Positions 59,954 through 64,000 of a stretch of DNA of 64,000 nucleotides are shown here, piece after piece. Within the stretch, counting starts at the first letter, position 1. Every line of letters starts with the position of its first letter. The position numbers and the translations under genes are program-made. Source of the DNA: Minutocellus sp. GHC0000111 (Eukaryota); NCBI GenBank assembly GCA_977018835.1, contig OZ361256.1, positions 6,882,001-6,946,000 of the forward strand. The letters are read 5' to 3'. The notes below the pieces were generated by a model. The model had not been told where the DNA came from, ran no database searches, and worked only from the letters and a program-made list of their open reading frames with translations.

Positions 59954-60771
59954 AGCCTGGAGATCAGTCAGTCTTGATCCACACCTTGCAGGGTGACCTA
60001 AGGGTGGTTTTTGACCTCATTTTAGCAGTGCCTCTTGACAGGCCTCGCCTCACTGCGGCAGACAGACTTGCCATTGTCAGTGTTTCTGGCGGCACAAGTG
60101 ACACCTGAAATGACTTCATCGGAACATCAAGCGGGATAAACTTTAGGTGCACACACCACATGGGGGGTCAGTGATGAGGGGCTCTCCTTTCACCACCACC
60201 TTGCCCTTGTTGTCTAAACTGGCACTTGGAGTCACTTCCAGAGCCCTAAACCCACAGATTCGCCTCCTGATCATCCCCACCAATTGAGACTGACTGACCC
60301 TCCATCAAATTGGCTGAGCTGCACAATGCAAAGGGTGTAATCATTCCACTGTCTAGGTGAGGAAGGTGCAGGGTTTCAGGGTCACTGCTAACCACCTGGC
60401 TCTCAAGAGATGACAACATGGGCCAGTGCAAGTTCATTCTGTCGAGGACAGTTGTTTCTGCTGCTTGAGCTGCAAGGTCTGGATGTAAAAAAAGACAGAT
60501 GAAAGTTGTTGGGCAAAAAACAGTTATAGACAAACCAGTTGGTTAATTCGGGTAATTGCGCGAAATCAATCAGTCAGTGAAAATGAAAGTTTGGGCTTTG
60601 GTTTGATCTCTATGTAGTTTGATTAATTTTGTTGATGCAAATTTTGATTTGAGCTTTTTTGTGAATTTTTTGATTTTTTGAGTTTTTTTTGTATTTTTTT
60701 TGATGTTTTTGTTTTTTCTCGAAGTTTTTGATGATTTTGACTTGCTTGGATCAATGCCCTTTTTTTAATTT

Positions 60772-62499
60772 TCAAGACAGATTAATGCAGCGCAGCAGAA
60801 AACAACAGAATGCAAACGAACTCATGTAGGTGCAAGACAAACCACTGATCAGTCTTCCTGCTTGAACACACCTGCAGGGACTTGACCTTCTTCGTTGTAG
60901 GCCAGCCACCTTGCTCAAGAGAGGATCAGCAGCCCACTCATGAGGAGGAACACCAGAAGTCAGGTACGCCATTGCCACCAGAATTTCCTTGTCCATGAGG
61001 GTGGTGTCCAAGGGAGAAGGGTTGACAACGTCAAGATCACAGTTCTTGAGGATTTGCCAGATGGAGTGTGTTTCTGGGGGGGCATTTCTCCCAAAGAGGT
61101 TCTCCCAGCGACACCCCCATTGACGCAATTGTCAGTGCACGTGTCCTTGAAAATCTTTGAACCAACCACTTCATGGTGGACCATCTGCACTAGACTGACA
61201 ACTTCTTCCTCAGGGGGGCGGATCTTTTCAGACACAGGTCAAGAGAGAACATGGTGGCATTAACTGGAAAGGCTGAACCCGTCTTCTTTGTTGAGAAGGA
61301 AACCTTGCCAACGTCAGCCCCGTTGGGAATGTCACGCATGGCAACCTCAGAAAGACTCTTGGCAAAGTCAGTCAGTGCATCAAGGGGAGGGACCTCAATG
61401 AATGCCTGAAGAGTGTCAATGACAGCATCGCTCTTAAAAGCACAGTAGGGGTTCCCGTGTGCCTGTCAGTGAGAGTGAAGGTCCCCACAACCTTGGCTCT
61501 GCCAGATGTCTTTTCACAATGACAGAAAGATGGAAGGAAAGCTTCCACTTGACAGGACCAGCACTCTTAGCACTTTTGAACTTCTGAAGCGTTTTCTTGT
61601 CAACCTTGAGGTCCAAGTCATCCAGATTGAGGTGCTTTGACGGAGAGACTGATGGGGACTGCGCAGTGCCACCGCCCCTTCCAGCAGCAGCAGCAGAACC
61701 AGAGTGAGCAGAAGGGGAGGAAGCCTTCCCCTCGCTAGTCTTAGCAGCACCAGCAATGCCACTGGCCTTAGGTGTTGATGGCTCTGGAGCAGTTTTCGCA
61801 ATGACTTCTTCCTTGCCAATGCAGGGGACAAAGGTGCTAGCACCAGAGTCGTGGACTGCCTTCAGGGCATCAGTCATGCTGTCGTGGACAACAACGGCCA
61901 CACTGCCCCAGTCAGGGGACCCCCCTGCATAAGCCTCCAGAGCAAAGGCAGTAGCCAATGCATGAACCATGTCATAGCAGGCATCAACAGCAAACCTCTT
62001 GCACGGGGCATCAACAACACTGAAGACGCGACCACCAGGGTTGCTGGTGGTGTCACATGCAGCACCGCGGTGGGAATTTTCATTCCTGTGGCAAACATGC
62101 AAATGTCATGTTGGCTGAAACTGCTTCTAGCCACACCATTTTCAAGAGCAATCTTTAGAGCAAGGTCCTTCTTGCTCAAGGTGGAAGCACCAGAAACACT
62201 GGGGACAGCAGCAGCAGGGGCAGCAACTTTCTTCTCTCAGCAGTGTGGGGTGACAAAACGGCATCAGCAGAAGCAGCAATGTCAGAGCTTAGATTGACCT
62301 CGACAGCCCTCTTCTTGCCCTGAGGAGGGCTAGTTGGTTTGCTGCTGGTCACCTTTGCCTTCTTGGCAGCTGGCTTACCACCACCACCACCACCACCACC
62401 ACCACCACCACTGCCAGCAGCGGGGCGGCGGCGGCAGAGCAGCGGCACAGAAGCTCGTGTAGACACACGGCTGGGGGACTGAGATTTTGGGTCTACCAT
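60772..62499 (-). pseudogene. Decayed ORF of unknown function, same strand as and upstream of the RepHel gene
   Basis: ATG 62499; basic G/K-rich N-terminus with (CCA)11 at 62378-62410; overlapping coding-like fragments in shifting frames; CpG- and TpA-poor. Confidence 0.5.
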
Positions 62500-62861
62500 T
62501 TTAGTTGATCGAATGTGATTTAATTAATTCGTTGCACTGAAAAAATGAAAGAATTGAATGAAATTTCATTGTTAGATGAAACGTACAAGTAGCTGCATGG
62601 CCATGGTGTTCCGCTTTCCACGAGAATGGCGCTCGCCACTTCCGAGGAATGCACTCCCAGTACGAACGTCTTTCCGTCGTTCTGTCATTTTTGCGCCTTT
62701 CTTCCGAACTTTACCCGGGTGTTTCGGGGGGATTCCTGGGTAAAGTTTGGCTCGCATGTTTGCTGCGAGAAGACTTCAAGATTTTCCCCGCGATGCCAAG
62801 CACCAACTGAAAGCGCATCTTGGCTGCGAGCCAAAATAGAAAACAGAAGTCTTTTGACACC

Positions 62862-64000
62862 ATGGCCGCCGCTACTACTGCTGCTACCGCCGCCACGAAC
62901 GCCACCGCCGGCCTTCGCCGCACGGCAGTCCCAAGGGCACCACCCGAGTTATCATCGTACAAGACCCGATTCAATGCATATCTTCAGCATATCGGTCTTC
63001 CCTTTGTCGACGACTTGACGCCCGAAGACGTCGCATCGCCCGGCGACATCGAATCAATTATGTGCTCTTGGGCCGAGTACATGTCGACGAACCCTCCGAG
63101 GTACATGAACAACCGGGACAAGCTCCTCAAGGCTGACGGCGTCGGCAACGGCTTCGGCCTCATCAAGGAGTACCTGAAGGACCGGTTCGGCCGCCACGTC
63201 GACTGGACCGACGAGACCTGGTTCACCCTCTCCAAGGGCGCGCTCGTCAAGAAGCTGGAGAGAGACAGCGTCCGTGGCACATCTGGTGTCGACGAAGTAC
63301 CCGGCAAGATCGGCATCGTTCGCCTCAACCCCGATGCTGGTGTTATTGAAGGACACGACGGTGTCAGCACCAGTCCATTTGCCGACGATGTTCCAGACAT
63401 GGTCACCATCAATCGCAAGCTACTGAAAACCAGCAAGCTCGGCGACAAGCACCAGCGACGCCTTGCTCTCAACTTGACATATGCCGCCGATGGCCGGTCC
63501 GGGGAGGTGAAATATCTCAACTACCAGGGCATGACATATGATCCCGTCGGTAATTGTGCTGCTGCTGACTGGAAGGACTTGAAGAATGGCACGACCAGGC
63601 CGACTACCTTCTGTACAGATTATGACCGGTGGGAGACTTGTGTATTTGATGCCCTTGGTGACCACTGGAGCGTCGATGGTGGCCTCTCTCGTACCTGCAA
63701 CTCCTCTGGCAATATAGGTTTTCTCCAGGCCTTTGTTGTACCGATGTGCCAGGTTCGAAGCGATTCCTGGACTTCCAAGACCCTCACCGAAACCTTGCGA
63801 GATGATCTGCCGGATTCAATACGGGACAGCATATCTGGTCGAAGCATGCGATACGGCGGCACTACCCACCTTCACGAAGATCCGTCGGTGAATCATCCAG
63901 AGCTCACGGCACGATCAGGCCACGCTCCTGCTGATAACACCAGGCACTACGTGCTATCTCGGCGGGCGATGCAACATGTGCCAATGAGGTCTCTTGCTGG
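62862..64000 (+). CDS. Tyrosine recombinase, Crypton-like (3' end outside window)
   Basis: Not in the ORF track. Open from ATG 62862 to the window end (379 codons). Catalytic-type residues in YR order: R212 (LTYAADGRSGEV), K241 (WKDLKN), R327-x-x-R330 (SGRSMRYGG), H354 (ARSGH), Y363 (TRHYV), then SLA-G. Confidence 0.8.
   Translation, partial: MAAATTAATAATNATAGLRRTAVPRAPPELSSYKTRFNAYLQHIGLPFVDDLTPEDVASPGDIESIMCSWAEYMSTNPPRYMNNRDKLLKADGVGNGFGLIKEYLKDRFGRHVDWTDETWFTLSKGALVKKLERDSVRGTSGVDEVPGKIGIVRLNPDAGVIEGHDGVSTSPFADDVPDMVTINRKLLKTSKLGDKHQRRLALNLTYAADGRSGEVKYLNYQGMTYDPVGNCAAADWKDLKNGTTRPTTFCTDYDRWETCVFDALGDHWSVDGGLSRTCNSSGNIGFLQAFVVPMCQVRSDSWTSKTLTETLRDDLPDSIRDSISGRSMRYGGTTHLHEDPSVNHPELTARSGHAPADNTRHYVLSRRAMQHVPMRSLA

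Larger units (their letters stand above)
53600..60480 (-). mobile_element. Decayed Helitron-like element (Ubl - Rep/HUH - PIF1 helicase); termini not identified, boundaries approximate
   Basis: Colinear minus-strand fragments of one RepHel gene with frameshifts, stops and GT-AG introns (59311-59166, 56447-56222, 54163-53975). Confidence 0.8.

Noticed and set aside
1..64000. CRISPR arrays, rRNA, tRNA or prokaryotic operons
   Set aside because: No regularly spaced repeat-spacer arrays or recognisable RNA genes seen; the sequence is intron-containing eukaryotic DNA.

Overview
Eukaryotic nuclear DNA with GT-AG introns and three proteins carrying bipartite signal + 'AF' plastid-targeting peptides (VEA-FV, VTA-FAP, ANA-FT), so most likely a diatom or related ochrophyte. 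The gene-dense host part (1-53 kb) holds three RING + Sel1-like paralogues, a plastid mTERF, acetolactate synthase (disrupted by a 56-bp duplication and a 98-bp inverted insertion), stromal processing peptidase, a TLC protein, a ~3,100-aa TMEM131-like protein, SRPK, a PSP1-domain gene split by an intact 1.9-kb DD38D mariner-like transposon, mannitol dehydrogenase, a GRDP/DUF1399 gene plus an internally deleted copy, SAM synthetase and a CELF RNA-binding protein. Four intronless glycan-modifying genes (sulfotransferase, GT47/exostosin-like, Caps_synth/GT32-like, GT25-like) sit together between two ~330-bp direct repeats. The last ~10 kb is mobile-element DNA: a decayed, intron-containing Helitron-like HUH Rep + PIF1 helicase gene with an N-terminal ubiquitin-like (LRGG) module, a decayed unknown ORF, and, head-to-head with them, an intact tyrosine-recombinase ORF that runs off the window and is absent from the ORF track. 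Family calls come from motif recognition by eye; no database searches were run.
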